From a virus (Duplodnaviria > Caudoviricetes), in IMG/VR virus record IMGVR_UViG_3300046311_000132, positions 1-28,036 of that record: DNA of 28,036 bases; one strand, 5' to 3'. Every line of letters begins with the position of its first letter. Position 1 is the first letter of the stretch. The notes below the pieces were generated by a model. The model had not been told where the DNA came from. It worked only from the letters and a program-made list of their open reading frames with translations, and made no database searches. Positions 1 to 8,148 of this stretch are shown one piece after another. The position numbers were made by a program, and so were the translations under genes.

Positions 1-257
1 CCCAGGCGGCGCCCGATCTCCATCACCGGCACCCCTTCAGCCGCCCACTTCACCGCCCGGGCGCGCAGTTCAGGGGTCAAGCGGGCCCCGCCGACATCAC
101 GCCCCCCTGCCACCGCAATGCGCAGCGCGAGGCGTTTCAGCGTTTCGGTGGGGTAGGGGTAGGCCACCTGGATGGCGTCTATGGGCGTTTTGGCCTTGAG
201 AAGTTCGACGATGACTTTGAGTTCATCGGCGGGGAAAGTGATGGCGGGCGTTTTCAT
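1..257 (-). CDS. Helix-turn-helix DNA-binding protein (start present, runs off the left edge of the window)
   Basis: Manual translation from ATG at 257 (minus strand): MKTPAITFPADELKVIVELLKAKTP...RLTPELRARAVKWAAEGVPVMEIGRRLG. The last segment is a typical HTH pattern (LT.E.R..A.....G.S..EI.R.LG). GAGAG SD-like sequence upstream. Not in the ORF track because it is truncated. Confidence 0.7.
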   Translation of the reverse strand, partial: MKTPAITFPADELKVIVELLKAKTPIDAIQVAYPYPTETLKRLALRIAVAGGRDVGGARLTPELRARAVKWAAEGVPVMEIGRRL

Positions 258-403
258 GGTGCACTCTCTGTTTGCAAGATTTCACAGTATGCACCACACA
301 ACGCGTGCAACACGCCGCAACATGCACAAATGTTGCAATTTAGAGGACTGCACCATGAAACGCAACACACCGAGTGTCTAGAAGACACGGTGTTGCGTTG
401 CAT
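252..403. promoter_or_regulatory. Divergent intergenic control region with nested inverted repeats
   Basis: AT-richer than its flanks. Inverted repeats: TTTCATGGTGCA (252-263) / TGCACCATGAAA (349-360); GCAACAT (317-323) / ATGTTGC (330-336); AACGCAACAC (359-368) / GTGTTGCGTT (390-399) with inner stem GTGTCT/AGACAC. Many GCAACA/TGTTGC half-sites. Confidence 0.6.
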
Positions 404-461
404 GTAGGTCGGGCTTTTAGGGGCGAATGTGCAAATAACCGCAAGCCTGGAGAGACCCACA

Positions 462-713
462 ATGATCGTGCAGAAAAAAGCAAACAGGCTGGTCGCGGTC
501 AACGACAAGGGCCTCCGAATCGGCGAGACACACCCCCGGGCAGTGCTCGACGATCACGAGGTCGATCTGCTCCTGGAGTTGAGGGCCGAGGGTTACAGCT
601 ACCGCTGGTTGGGCCTGAAGTTCGAGATTCACTACACCCACGCCAGGCGCATCTGCCTGGGCCTCAAACGAGGCCAGACCGCTGACCGGTTCAAGCGTAG
701 CCCTGGCCGTTGA
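462..713 (+). CDS. Small HTH DNA-binding protein (resembles the C-terminal DNA-binding part of phage HNH endonucleases)
   Basis: ATG 462 preceded by GGAGAG. The sequence GETHPRAVLDDHEVDLLLELRAEGYSYRWLGLKFEIHYTHARRICLG fits GE.H..A.L....V..I......G.S...L...F.I......RI..G. No HNH catalytic motif present. Confidence 0.7.
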   Translation: MIVQKKANRLVAVNDKGLRIGETHPRAVLDDHEVDLLLELRAEGYSYRWLGLKFEIHYTHARRICLGLKRGQTADRFKRSPGR

Positions 714-727
714 CTGCTGCGTAAAGT
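697..727 (+). promoter_or_regulatory. Putative phage late promoter, copy 1 (GTAGCCCTG-N16-TAAAGT)
   Basis: Exact GTAGCCCTG at 697-705 and a -10-like TAAAGT at 722-727. The terS ATG follows 7 nt later with no SD. Confidence 0.6.
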
Positions 728-734
728 CCACACC

Positions 735-1244
735 ATGTCTTTCCACCCCTTCCCCTGGCGCGAGCCCTTCCTGGCCGCCCTGCGCGAGTACCCGGTGCTC
801 AAGCACGGGTGCGACGCGGTGGGTATCGACCGCGCGACAGTGTTTCGCCAACGCAAGGCCGACGAGGACTTCGACAAGGCGGTGAACGAGGCGTTGGAAG
901 AGGGCGTCGACCGCGCCGAGCAGGAGGCCTTCCGGCGGGGCGTAGTGGGTTTTGAAGAGCCTGTGATCGACAAGGGGCGCCTGTGCTACCGGTACGAGCG
1001 CTACCTGGACGAGAACGAGCAGGAGCAGTGGCGCATGGCGCTGGGACCCAACAGCCAACCCATCCCGCTGACAGTGCGCAAGCACAGCGACCCGCTGCTG
1101 GCTCTGGTCCTCAAAGGCCGGCGCAAGGCGGTCTACGCCGAGCGCACCGAGATCACTGGCGCCGACGGGGGGCCGTTGAAGCAACAGCAGATCACCATCG
1201 CCACCGGCGTGCCGGCTGACTTCGACCCCAACGACTTCGCGTGA
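735..1244 (+). CDS. terS: Terminase small subunit
   Basis: 169 aa immediately upstream of and overlapping terL. N-terminal HTH (FLAALRE...GCDAVGIDRATVFRQRKADEDF), AEQEAFRRGVVG, HSDPLL, and a C-terminal EITGADGGPL motif typical of TerS. Confidence 0.88.
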   Translation: MSFHPFPWREPFLAALREYPVLKHGCDAVGIDRATVFRQRKADEDFDKAVNEALEEGVDRAEQEAFRRGVVGFEEPVIDKGRLCYRYERYLDENEQEQWRMALGPNSQPIPLTVRKHSDPLLALVLKGRRKAVYAERTEITGADGGPLKQQQITIATGVPADFDPNDFA

Positions 1245-2581
1245 CCGTCATCGACCTGGGCTACAAGCCCCGCGCCTGGCAGAAAGAGTGCCACCGCCAG
1301 CGCAAGCGCTTCACGGTGCTGGCGTTGCACCGGCGGGCAGGCAAGACTGAACTGGCCCTGCGCGAACTGCTGGACAAGGCGCTGCGGTGCCAGCTTGACC
1401 TGCCCCTGTACTTCTACGTGGCACCTCTGCTCAAGCAGGCCAAGGCCATCGCCTGGACCCGGTTGAAGCAGATCGTGGCACCGCTGGTGATGCACGGCCT
1501 GTGCGAGGTCAACGAGTCCGAACTGTGGGTCAGACTCACCACCAACGGCGCCATGATCCGGTGCTACGGTGCCGACAACCCAGACGCCATGCGTGGGGTG
1601 CGCCTGGACGGGGTGGTGATGGACGAGGTGGCCCAGATGGCGCCCGAGGTGTGGGACGATGTCGTCCAGCCTGCGCTGTCTGACCGCCTGGGCTGGGCGT
1701 TGTTCATCGGCACGCCCAACGGCATCAACCTGTTCAGCCAGCTGTACTTCGGCGCGGCCAACAAGACCGACTGGTTCGCCACCCTCTACACGGTCTACGA
1801 CACCGACGCGCTGGACAGCAGAGAGGTCGAGCGCCTGCGTGGCGAGATGTCAGAGGCCTCGTTCGCCCGGGAGTACCTGTGCGATTTCAGCGCCGCGGGC
1901 ACAGACCAGCTGATCAGCCTGACCGACGTGGAGCAGGCCGCCAGGCGCCACCTCCAGGTCACCGACTACGACTTCGCTGCACGCATCCTTGGTGTCGACC
2001 CCGCGCGGTTTGGCGACGACAAGTCGGTGATCGTGCAACGCCAGGGCCGCTACATGCTGCCCCTGCTGCCCAACCGCAACGTGTTCCACAAGGTCGACAA
2101 CATGACGTTGGCCGCCCACGTGGCCGAGACCATCAGGGCCTGGTCCCCCGACGCAGTGTTCATCGACGAGGGCAACGGCGGCGGCGTCATCGACCGCCTG
2201 CGGCAGCTGGGCCACGAGGTTATGGGTGTGCACTTCGGGGGCAAGGCGGGCCGCCCAAGGTACGTGAACAAGCGCACCGAGATGTGGTTCGAGATGCGCG
2301 ACTGGATCACGAGCGGTGGCGTGATCCCCAACGACATGGGGCTCAAGCAGGACCTGGCCACGCCCACCTACAAGTTCACGTCGGCACAGGACGTCTACAG
2401 CCTGGAGTCGAAGGACGAGATCAAGAAGCGCATCGGGCGCAGCCCCGACGTGGGTGACGCCCTGGCCCTGACCTTCGCGTTCCCGGTGCAGCGCGACCTG
2501 TACCGGGCGATGGGCCTGCCGATCCGCACAGGCATCGAGCCCGAGACCGTCCTGGACTACAACCCCCTGGACCGCATGTAG
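1241..2581 (+). CDS. terL: Terminase large subunit
   Basis: Walker A HRRAGKT, Walker B VVMDE, motif III IGTP, RNase H-like nuclease residues LGVDPARFGDD, FIDEG and SPDVGDA. Confidence 0.96.
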   Translation: MTVIDLGYKPRAWQKECHRQRKRFTVLALHRRAGKTELALRELLDKALRCQLDLPLYFYVAPLLKQAKAIAWTRLKQIVAPLVMHGLCEVNESELWVRLTTNGAMIRCYGADNPDAMRGVRLDGVVMDEVAQMAPEVWDDVVQPALSDRLGWALFIGTPNGINLFSQLYFGAANKTDWFATLYTVYDTDALDSREVERLRGEMSEASFAREYLCDFSAAGTDQLISLTDVEQAARRHLQVTDYDFAARILGVDPARFGDDKSVIVQRQGRYMLPLLPNRNVFHKVDNMTLAAHVAETIRAWSPDAVFIDEGNGGGVIDRLRQLGHEVMGVHFGGKAGRPRYVNKRTEMWFEMRDWITSGGVIPNDMGLKQDLATPTYKFTSAQDVYSLESKDEIKKRIGRSPDVGDALALTFAFPVQRDLYRAMGLPIRTGIEPETVLDYNPLDRM

Positions 2582-2609
2582 CCCTGCGCGGGCCCACCCC
2601 ATGAACAAT
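2578..2609 (+). promoter_or_regulatory. Putative phage late promoter, copy 2 (GTAGCCCTG-N17-AACAAT)
   Basis: Motif at 2578-2586, hexamer at 2604-2609. ATG 2617 lies 7 nt downstream. Confidence 0.7.
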
Positions 2610-2616
2610 CCAGGGG

Positions 2617-2850
2617 ATGTGCAGCATCGGCTCCGGTTCGACGTCAGGCGTGGGCGCTACATCGGCCGGCGCTATCGGTGGTGGCTCCAGCATCGGTGGC
2701 GGCGTGGGTGGTGGCAACACCATCCTGGGCGCGCGCCGAGTAGTTGGCGGCTCCCCGACGACTTCAATCCTTGGTGGCAGTAGCGGTGTGGGGCCAACCC
2801 CCCGCACGCCACGTGACCCACGGCCGACTCCCGGCGCCCCCCTCAACTGA
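2617..2850 (+). CDS. Small Gly-rich Met-Cys-initiated protein (putative virion/ejection protein, T7 gp6.7-like position)
   Basis: MCSIGSG..., contains GGGNTILG and TSILGG motifs. First of three MC-starting ORFs before the portal. Confidence 0.55.
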   Translation: MCSIGSGSTSGVGATSAGAIGGGSSIGGGVGGGNTILGARRVVGGSPTTSILGGSSGVGPTPRTPRDPRPTPGAPLN

Positions 2851-2861
2851 AGGCCACGACC

Positions 2862-3044
2862 ATGTGCAGCACGCCGAACATTCCACAGCCGTCGGCGCCA
2901 GGGCAAGACGCCAAGGCGCCTGACAGCATGACCGAACGTCGCAAGCGCAACCCGAACCTGCAAGGCGGCACACTGCTGACCGGCGCGGGCGGGGTGCCAA
3001 AGAGCGCGTTGAACACGGGCGGCAGCACGCTGCTTGGGGGTTGA
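2862..3044 (+). CDS. Small Met-Cys-initiated protein (putative virion/ejection protein)
   Basis: MCSTPNIPQPSAP...RRKR...GGTLLTG...NTGGSTLLGG. AAGG SD-like sequence upstream. Paralogous to the next ORF. Confidence 0.8.
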   Translation: MCSTPNIPQPSAPGQDAKAPDSMTERRKRNPNLQGGTLLTGAGGVPKSALNTGGSTLLGG

Positions 3045-3046
3045 CC

Positions 3047-3388
3047 ATGTGCGGTATCGCGCAGAAGGCCGGCGTGCCGGGTTCCAAGCAGGTGGCCAAG
3101 CTGTACTCAAGCGACACCTCGCTGGGCCGGTTCAGTTCTAAGGCTGACCCGTTCGGCGCCTACGCTGCCACCGGTCAGAAGGACAAGCTGGACCCGTTGA
3201 ACCTGAAGAACGCGCCCGACGAGATCCCCCTGCCTCCTGCCTTGCAGGAAGCGAAGGACCCCGACTCCATGGCCCTGCGTCGCAAGTCACGTGGCGGCAA
3301 CGCCGGTGGCGGCACGCTGCTGACCTCACCGAGTGGCGTGGCTCCCTCACTCATGAACACGGGCGGCACCACGCTGCTGGGCGGCTGA
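3047..3388 (+). CDS. Small Met-Cys-initiated protein (putative virion/ejection protein)
   Basis: ATG 3047: MCGIAQKAG...AKDPDSMALRRK...GGTLLTS...NTGGTTLLGG. Its stop overlaps the portal ATG (TGATG). Confidence 0.8.
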   Translation: MCGIAQKAGVPGSKQVAKLYSSDTSLGRFSSKADPFGAYAATGQKDKLDPLNLKNAPDEIPLPPALQEAKDPDSMALRRKSRGGNAGGGTLLTSPSGVAPSLMNTGGTTLLGG

Positions 3389-5073
3389 TGGACTCCTTGA
3401 ACACACGCGCCAAGTTGATGCGCCGCCAGGCCAGTCTCTGGACTGAGCGCTCAAGCTGGGACACGCACTGGCAGGACATCGCCACGTACCAGATGCCCCG
3501 GGGTGGGCGTTTCTTCACGTCCGACACCAACAGGGGCACGAAGAAGCACAACAACATTTACGACAACACGGCGATCTTCGCGCACCGCACGCTGGCCGCC
3601 GGCATGATGTCGGGCATGACCAGCCCCGCGCGGCCCTGGTTCCAGCTGGGCTTGCAGGACAAAGACCTGATGGAGTCCGAACCGGTCAAGAACTGGTTGC
3701 ACCAGGTGGGCGAGATCATGCGCGCCATCTTCTCGTCGTCCAACACGTACAACGCGCTGCACCAGTGCTACGAGGAACTGGGCGCCTTCGGCACCTGGGC
3801 CAACTACGTGCAGCCCGACTTCGACAACGTGATCCACCACTACCCCATGACCGTGGGGGAGTACGGCCTGTCGGTCAACGACAAGGGCGTCGTGGACACC
3901 TGCATGCGCCGCCTGCAGATGACCGTTGGCCAGATGGTTAAGGCCTTTGGCACAGAGAACGTCAGCCCTGTGGTGAAGAACCTGTACGACCGCGGCACCT
4001 TGGACAGCTGGGTGCAGGTCTACCACATGGTCCAGCCCCGCGCTGAGTTCGACGCCACCAAGCGCGACGCCAAGAACATGGCGTTCCAATCGGTCTACTT
4101 CGAGCCGGCCAGCGACAACTGGGAGCGGTTCCTGCGTGAGTCGGGCTTCAAGCGCTTCCCTGCCCTGTGCCCCCGTTGGGTGGTGACAGGGAACGACATC
4201 TACGGGCGCAGCCCCGGGATGGACTGCCTGGGTGATGTCAAGCAACTGCAACTGGAGCAACTGCGCAAGGCGCAGGCCATTGACTACCAGGTCAACCCAC
4301 CCCTGCAGATCCCGACCCAGTACAAGGACCAGGCCAACAAGCGCATGCCAGGCGGTGTGATGTTCGTTGACGCCTCGGGGCCTGGCGGTGGCGTGCGTTC
4401 GGCCTACGAGGTCAACCTGCGCCTGGACTACCTGTTGGCCGACATCCAGGACACCCGCGAGCGCATCAGGTCGGCCTACTACGCCGATCTCTTCCTGATG
4501 CTGGCCAACGACACCCGCAGCGGCACCACCGCCACGGAGATCGCCGAGCGCCACGAAGAGAAGCTGCTGATGCTGGGCCCGGTGCTAGAGCGCCTGCACA
4601 ACGAACTGTTGAGCCCGCTGATCGACATCACGTTCGACCGTTGCGTGGAGGCCGGCATCCTGCCGCCGCCACCGCCCGAGATCGGCGAGATGGAGATCGA
4701 GATCGAGTTCATCAGCACGCTGGCCCAGGCCCAGCGCGCGGTGGCCGCCAGCGGGTCCGACCGGTTGCTGGGCACGGTCAGCAACCTCGTGGCCATCTGG
4801 CCCGAGATGAAGCACAAGATCGACGCCATGCAAGTGGTGGACGACTACGCCAAGATGTACGGGGTCAACCCGAAGATCATCAAGGACGACGACGCCGCCA
4901 ACCAGAGCATGGCCGCGGAGCAACAGGCAGCGCAGGCCGCCGCAGCGATGGAGGCCGCACCCAAGATGGCTGCCAGCGCCAAGGCCGCCAGCGAGATCGA
5001 CCCACAGAACCTCAACGACGTGATGGGGTCCCTGATGGGCTACCAGACACCCACACCGGGGTTCGGCGCCTGA
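3388..5073 (+). CDS. Portal (head-to-tail connector) protein, T7 gp8/BPP-1 Bbp21 type
   Basis: 561 aa with family motifs LAAGMMSGMTSPARPWF, RW......YGRSPGM..LGDVKQLQ, TATEIAERHEEKLLMLGPVLERL and IEFISTLAQAQR. Confidence 0.95.
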   Translation: MDSLNTRAKLMRRQASLWTERSSWDTHWQDIATYQMPRGGRFFTSDTNRGTKKHNNIYDNTAIFAHRTLAAGMMSGMTSPARPWFQLGLQDKDLMESEPVKNWLHQVGEIMRAIFSSSNTYNALHQCYEELGAFGTWANYVQPDFDNVIHHYPMTVGEYGLSVNDKGVVDTCMRRLQMTVGQMVKAFGTENVSPVVKNLYDRGTLDSWVQVYHMVQPRAEFDATKRDAKNMAFQSVYFEPASDNWERFLRESGFKRFPALCPRWVVTGNDIYGRSPGMDCLGDVKQLQLEQLRKAQAIDYQVNPPLQIPTQYKDQANKRMPGGVMFVDASGPGGGVRSAYEVNLRLDYLLADIQDTRERIRSAYYADLFLMLANDTRSGTTATEIAERHEEKLLMLGPVLERLHNELLSPLIDITFDRCVEAGILPPPPPEIGEMEIEIEFISTLAQAQRAVAASGSDRLLGTVSNLVAIWPEMKHKIDAMQVVDDYAKMYGVNPKIIKDDDAANQSMAAEQQAAQAAAAMEAAPKMAASAKAASEIDPQNLNDVMGSLMGYQTPTPGFGA

Positions 5074-5390
5074 TGGCTGCGCCGCGCGTTCTCGCCAACC
5101 ACTTCGGGTTGTTCGACCAGGCCACCGGTCAATGGATCGGTGTGCAGAACGTGCTGGGCGAGGAGCAACTGGTCCTGACCCCTGCTCAGATCGACTCAAT
5201 CACTGCGCCGGGCGCGCTGAGCGCGGTGACCTACGACGCCAGCAACAGGGCCATCGCCTGGAACATCGACGGCGTGAGCTACACCGCCAGCTACTCGAGC
5301 ACCACCATCACCGTGGCGGGCAGCGACGGCACGATCACGACTGTCTCGCTTGATCCTGCACAACGAATCACCGGGGTATCTGTCGCATGA
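5073..5390 (+). CDS. Hypothetical beta-strand-rich protein (105 aa)
   Basis: ATG 5073 overlaps the portal stop (TGATG). Coding-like codon bias from here on: MAAPRVLANHFGLFDQATG...VTYDASNRAIAW. The longer 4641 start in the track overlaps the portal and is rejected. Confidence 0.75.
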   Translation: MAAPRVLANHFGLFDQATGQWIGVQNVLGEEQLVLTPAQIDSITAPGALSAVTYDASNRAIAWNIDGVSYTASYSSTTITVAGSDGTITTVSLDPAQRITGVSVA

Positions 5391-5767
5391 AACAGAACGA
5401 CACCAGCGCGCTGCGCATCGCCACGATCAGCTACTGGGCCACCTTCGCCCACGCACGCCACGAAGTGGACGTGGCCCGGGTGCACGCATTCCAGGCCCTG
5501 GTGCGCGATGCTGAAGAAAAAGGGCCCGCCACCGACGACCAGGTCACCGGGGCCTACGGGGGCCGGGGCTGGGCGCCAGCACCAACGTGCCATGAGTGCG
5601 GGGCCCGTGACGACAACAACGTCCTCTTTGGCCCGGCCCATGACATCTCGTTGTGCGGGCCGTGCCTGTCCGAAGCGTGTGCGCTGTCCTTCGGGGTAAC
5701 ACCACCGGTGCCCTCGGTAAAACCGACCAAGCCCGGCTTCTTCACTCGACTCTTCAAGGGAGCCTGA
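5387..5767 (+). CDS. Hypothetical protein with C4 zinc finger and C-terminal amphipathic helix
   Basis: ATGA coupling to the upstream gene. CHEC-x18-CGPC motif. Ends KPGFFTRLFKGA. Confidence 0.7.
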   Translation: MKQNDTSALRIATISYWATFAHARHEVDVARVHAFQALVRDAEEKGPATDDQVTGAYGGRGWAPAPTCHECGARDDNNVLFGPAHDISLCGPCLSEACALSFGVTPPVPSVKPTKPGFFTRLFKGA

Positions 5768-5768
5768 C

Positions 5769-6164
5769 ATGGCCACCAACTTCTCGACAGCACTGCGCAC
5801 CGCCATCGTGGCGGCACTCGTCACCCAGGCCGGCGCCAGCGCCAAGATCAAGTTCTACAGCGGCACCAGGCCTTCGGGCGTGGCCGCTGTGGGCGGCGGC
5901 ACCACGCTGCTGGGCACGGTGACCTTGGGCGCGGCCATCGGCACCACCAGCACAGGTGCCATCGACTGGGACGAGGCCAGCGCCACGCAGAGCAACGGCT
6001 CCCACGTGTCGGGCACCCCGACTTTCGTGGACCTGACCACCAGCGCGGATACCGTGCTGTTCCGCACCGACCTGGGTGGTGGCAGCTGGACCTTCACTGG
6101 CAGCATCGCCACCGGTCAGAACATCACCTTGTCCAGCCTGGTGACCACCGCGGGTAACGCGTGA
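5769..6164 (+). CDS. Putative virion structural protein (Ala/Gly/Thr-rich beta protein)
   Basis: AAGGGAG SD. Motifs IKFYSGTRP, GTPTF and GSIATGQNITLSSL are typical of small phage tail-associated beta-sandwich proteins. Confidence 0.75.
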   Translation: MATNFSTALRTAIVAALVTQAGASAKIKFYSGTRPSGVAAVGGGTTLLGTVTLGAAIGTTSTGAIDWDEASATQSNGSHVSGTPTFVDLTTSADTVLFRTDLGGGSWTFTGSIATGQNITLSSLVTTAGNA

Positions 6165-6165
6165 C

Positions 6166-7506
6166 GTGGCCACCGCACCGTCGCCCACGTACCGGGTAGC
6201 GAGCGGTCAGCCGGTCAACGCCGGCCGCTGGCCCGGCGGCCGCGTGGCCGGCAGCTTCACGTTGGCGGATTCAGTGTTGTCTGGTGTGTTTTCCAGGCAG
6301 GCGCTGAACGTCCGCACCGCCATGATCGGCGACAGTCTGACCGACAAGAACTTCGGACTCGGGCGCAACCTTCACCCGTTTTGGTGGGTCAACGGCCTGG
6401 CGGCCAACGGCGCGCAGAAGCTGGTGGCTAACAGCGGGGTGAACGGGGACACCGTCGCCCAGATGTTGGCCCGGGTCAACAACTCCTACACCAACGCCAG
6501 CCCCGGCCTAGCGGGTCTTGGCTCGTTGGGGGTGGTTTACATTCGCGGTTTTGCGAACAACGCTCGGGCGGGCGACTCGTGGGCCTCGATCCAGACTGAC
6601 GTGCAATCCTTGCTGACCGCGATCAAGTCCTACTGTGAGCGCGTGGTGATTCTGTCGGCAAGCCCCATCGGCACCCCCGACGCGGGGTTTGCCACCAGCA
6701 ACGCACTGCAGACCGCCTACAACGTCCAGTTGGCCGCCTTGGCTGCATCCAACCCCACGCTTTACACCTACGTGGACGACAACATCAGCACCCGGGATGG
6801 GGGTGGTGTTGCGGTGGCCAACTGCTTCACCGACGGGGTGCACACCAGTGGGCGCGGCATCTACTTGCAAGGTGTCGACGGTGCAGCTGCCCTGTCAAGC
6901 CTACTGGCTGGCTACACCAGCCCGTTGGTTACCGACGCGGCTGACGCGTACCCCACCACCCAGCAACTGGTGACCAACCACCTGATGACGGGGACCAGCG
7001 GCACGGCTGGCAGCGGTATCACGGGAAGCGTGGCCAACAGCTACACCATCGCAGGCACGGCCGGCGCGACCACCGCAACCGTGAGCAAGGTGCCCGCTGA
7101 TGGGGGCGACCCGAACCAGACACCGTGGCAACGCATCACGCCAACGCAGGTGACCAGCGGGCAGCAACTACGCCTCAGCACCGCCTTGGCCATCAGCACG
7201 CTGGCCGCCACGGGCAACGCACTAGAGATGGTGTATGAGATCCGCCTGAACGCCCTGGACGCCAGCAAATTCAGCGTGCTGCGCGCTTACGTTAGCACCA
7301 GCAGCGGGGACGTGACCCACAACCTGGACTTGAAAATGGGTGTGGAAACGATCACCAAGACCTTGGTGGTGCGCCACGCCTTGCGGCGCAGCAACGGCAG
7401 CGCCCTGAGCTTCCCCACGTTCTATCTGGACGCCATTGCCTCGGACAACTTCACCGGCTCAATGGGCAGTTTCGACGTGCGCAACATCACTGTGAGGCAG
7501 GAGTGA
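6166..7506 (+). CDS. SGNH/GDSL hydrolase-domain virion protein (putative polysaccharide deacetylase, tailspike-like)
   Basis: Block I IGDSLTD, block II NSGVNGD, block III GFANN and block V DGVH are all present. The C-terminal part is beta-rich (carbohydrate-binding-like). Confidence 0.85.
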   Translation: MATAPSPTYRVASGQPVNAGRWPGGRVAGSFTLADSVLSGVFSRQALNVRTAMIGDSLTDKNFGLGRNLHPFWWVNGLAANGAQKLVANSGVNGDTVAQMLARVNNSYTNASPGLAGLGSLGVVYIRGFANNARAGDSWASIQTDVQSLLTAIKSYCERVVILSASPIGTPDAGFATSNALQTAYNVQLAALAASNPTLYTYVDDNISTRDGGGVAVANCFTDGVHTSGRGIYLQGVDGAAALSSLLAGYTSPLVTDAADAYPTTQQLVTNHLMTGTSGTAGSGITGSVANSYTIAGTAGATTATVSKVPADGGDPNQTPWQRITPTQVTSGQQLRLSTALAISTLAATGNALEMVYEIRLNALDASKFSVLRAYVSTSSGDVTHNLDLKMGVETITKTLVVRHALRRSNGSALSFPTFYLDAIASDNFTGSMGSFDVRNITVRQE

Positions 7507-7540
7507 CCTGCCTCCAACTCTTAACCTAAGCGAGAACCAC

Positions 7541-7966
7541 ATGGCCGACATGCCCGTTCCCCCCATCGCACTGCCAAAGCTGCCTATCTTCCCGATTGAC
7601 GCGCCGGCAGCGGCCCTTGACCAGTGGTTCCGCCTGGCGGACTTGCACGCACGCGAGGCCCAGCGGGTGACCTACTGGGCGGCGAGTAGCGCCCAGTCCG
7701 AAGCCACCACGAAACTGGCTTCAGCCAACACCGCGATGGCCGGCGCAGTCGGGGAGACTGCTGCAAAAAACGAGGCGGCCTGGGCGCCGACGATTGACAA
7801 AACGCTGGCGGCGTGGACCGCGCACGATGGGGCGCTTGACCGGTTGACGGCTGCGCTGGCTGAGTTGCCCCAGGTCGGCGGCGGTTCTGGCGGTGGTGGC
7901 ATCTCGTCAGCTGACTTTGTGGCCATCCTCACATCGCTGCTCAAGGCCTTGTCGGGCAAGCCGTGA
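7541..7966 (+). CDS. Hypothetical alpha-helical protein
   Basis: 141-aa ORF filling the gap, GAG upstream, Ala-rich helix and Gly linker. Confidence 0.65.
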   Translation: MADMPVPPIALPKLPIFPIDAPAAALDQWFRLADLHAREAQRVTYWAASSAQSEATTKLASANTAMAGAVGETAAKNEAAWAPTIDKTLAAWTAHDGALDRLTAALAELPQVGGGSGGGGISSADFVAILTSLLKALSGKP

Positions 7967-8148
7967 CAACGACACGCGAAAGCCAAACGACCATGGGCCG
8001 CGAGGCACCGGTCACCCGGTGGCCGTGGCATGACCCGTGGGGCGGGTCGTTCATGACACACACCCGCGCCAGAATTGAGGCGGATCACGCCCGGCTGATG
8101 TACGCCGAAGCGATGATGAAACGCGCAGAACCCCAAAAGGTGAACTAA
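7963..8148 (+). CDS. Small hypothetical protein
   Basis: GTGA overlap with the upstream stop and TAATG coupling to the downstream ORF. Start uncertain. Confidence 0.45.
   Translation: MTTTRESQTTMGREAPVTRWPWHDPWGGSFMTHTRARIEADHARLMYAEAMMKRAEPQKVN

Noticed and set aside
462-713. HNH homing endonuclease next to terminase
   Set aside because: Only the DNA-binding/HTH-like part is present. There are no HNH catalytic residues and no upstream remnant ORF.
4641-5072. N-terminal extension of the 249-aa ORF
   Set aside because: It overlaps the portal in another frame with Arg/Gly-rich off-frame composition. ATG 5073 coupled to the portal stop is the better start.
3362-5915. 21-bp exact repeat GGCGGCACCACGCTGCTGGGC (3362-3382 and 5895-5915), both encoding GGTTLLG
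   Set aside because: It uses only the most preferred codons for a short Gly/Thr/Leu peptide in GC-rich DNA, so it is plausibly convergent. No other support for a functional DNA repeat.
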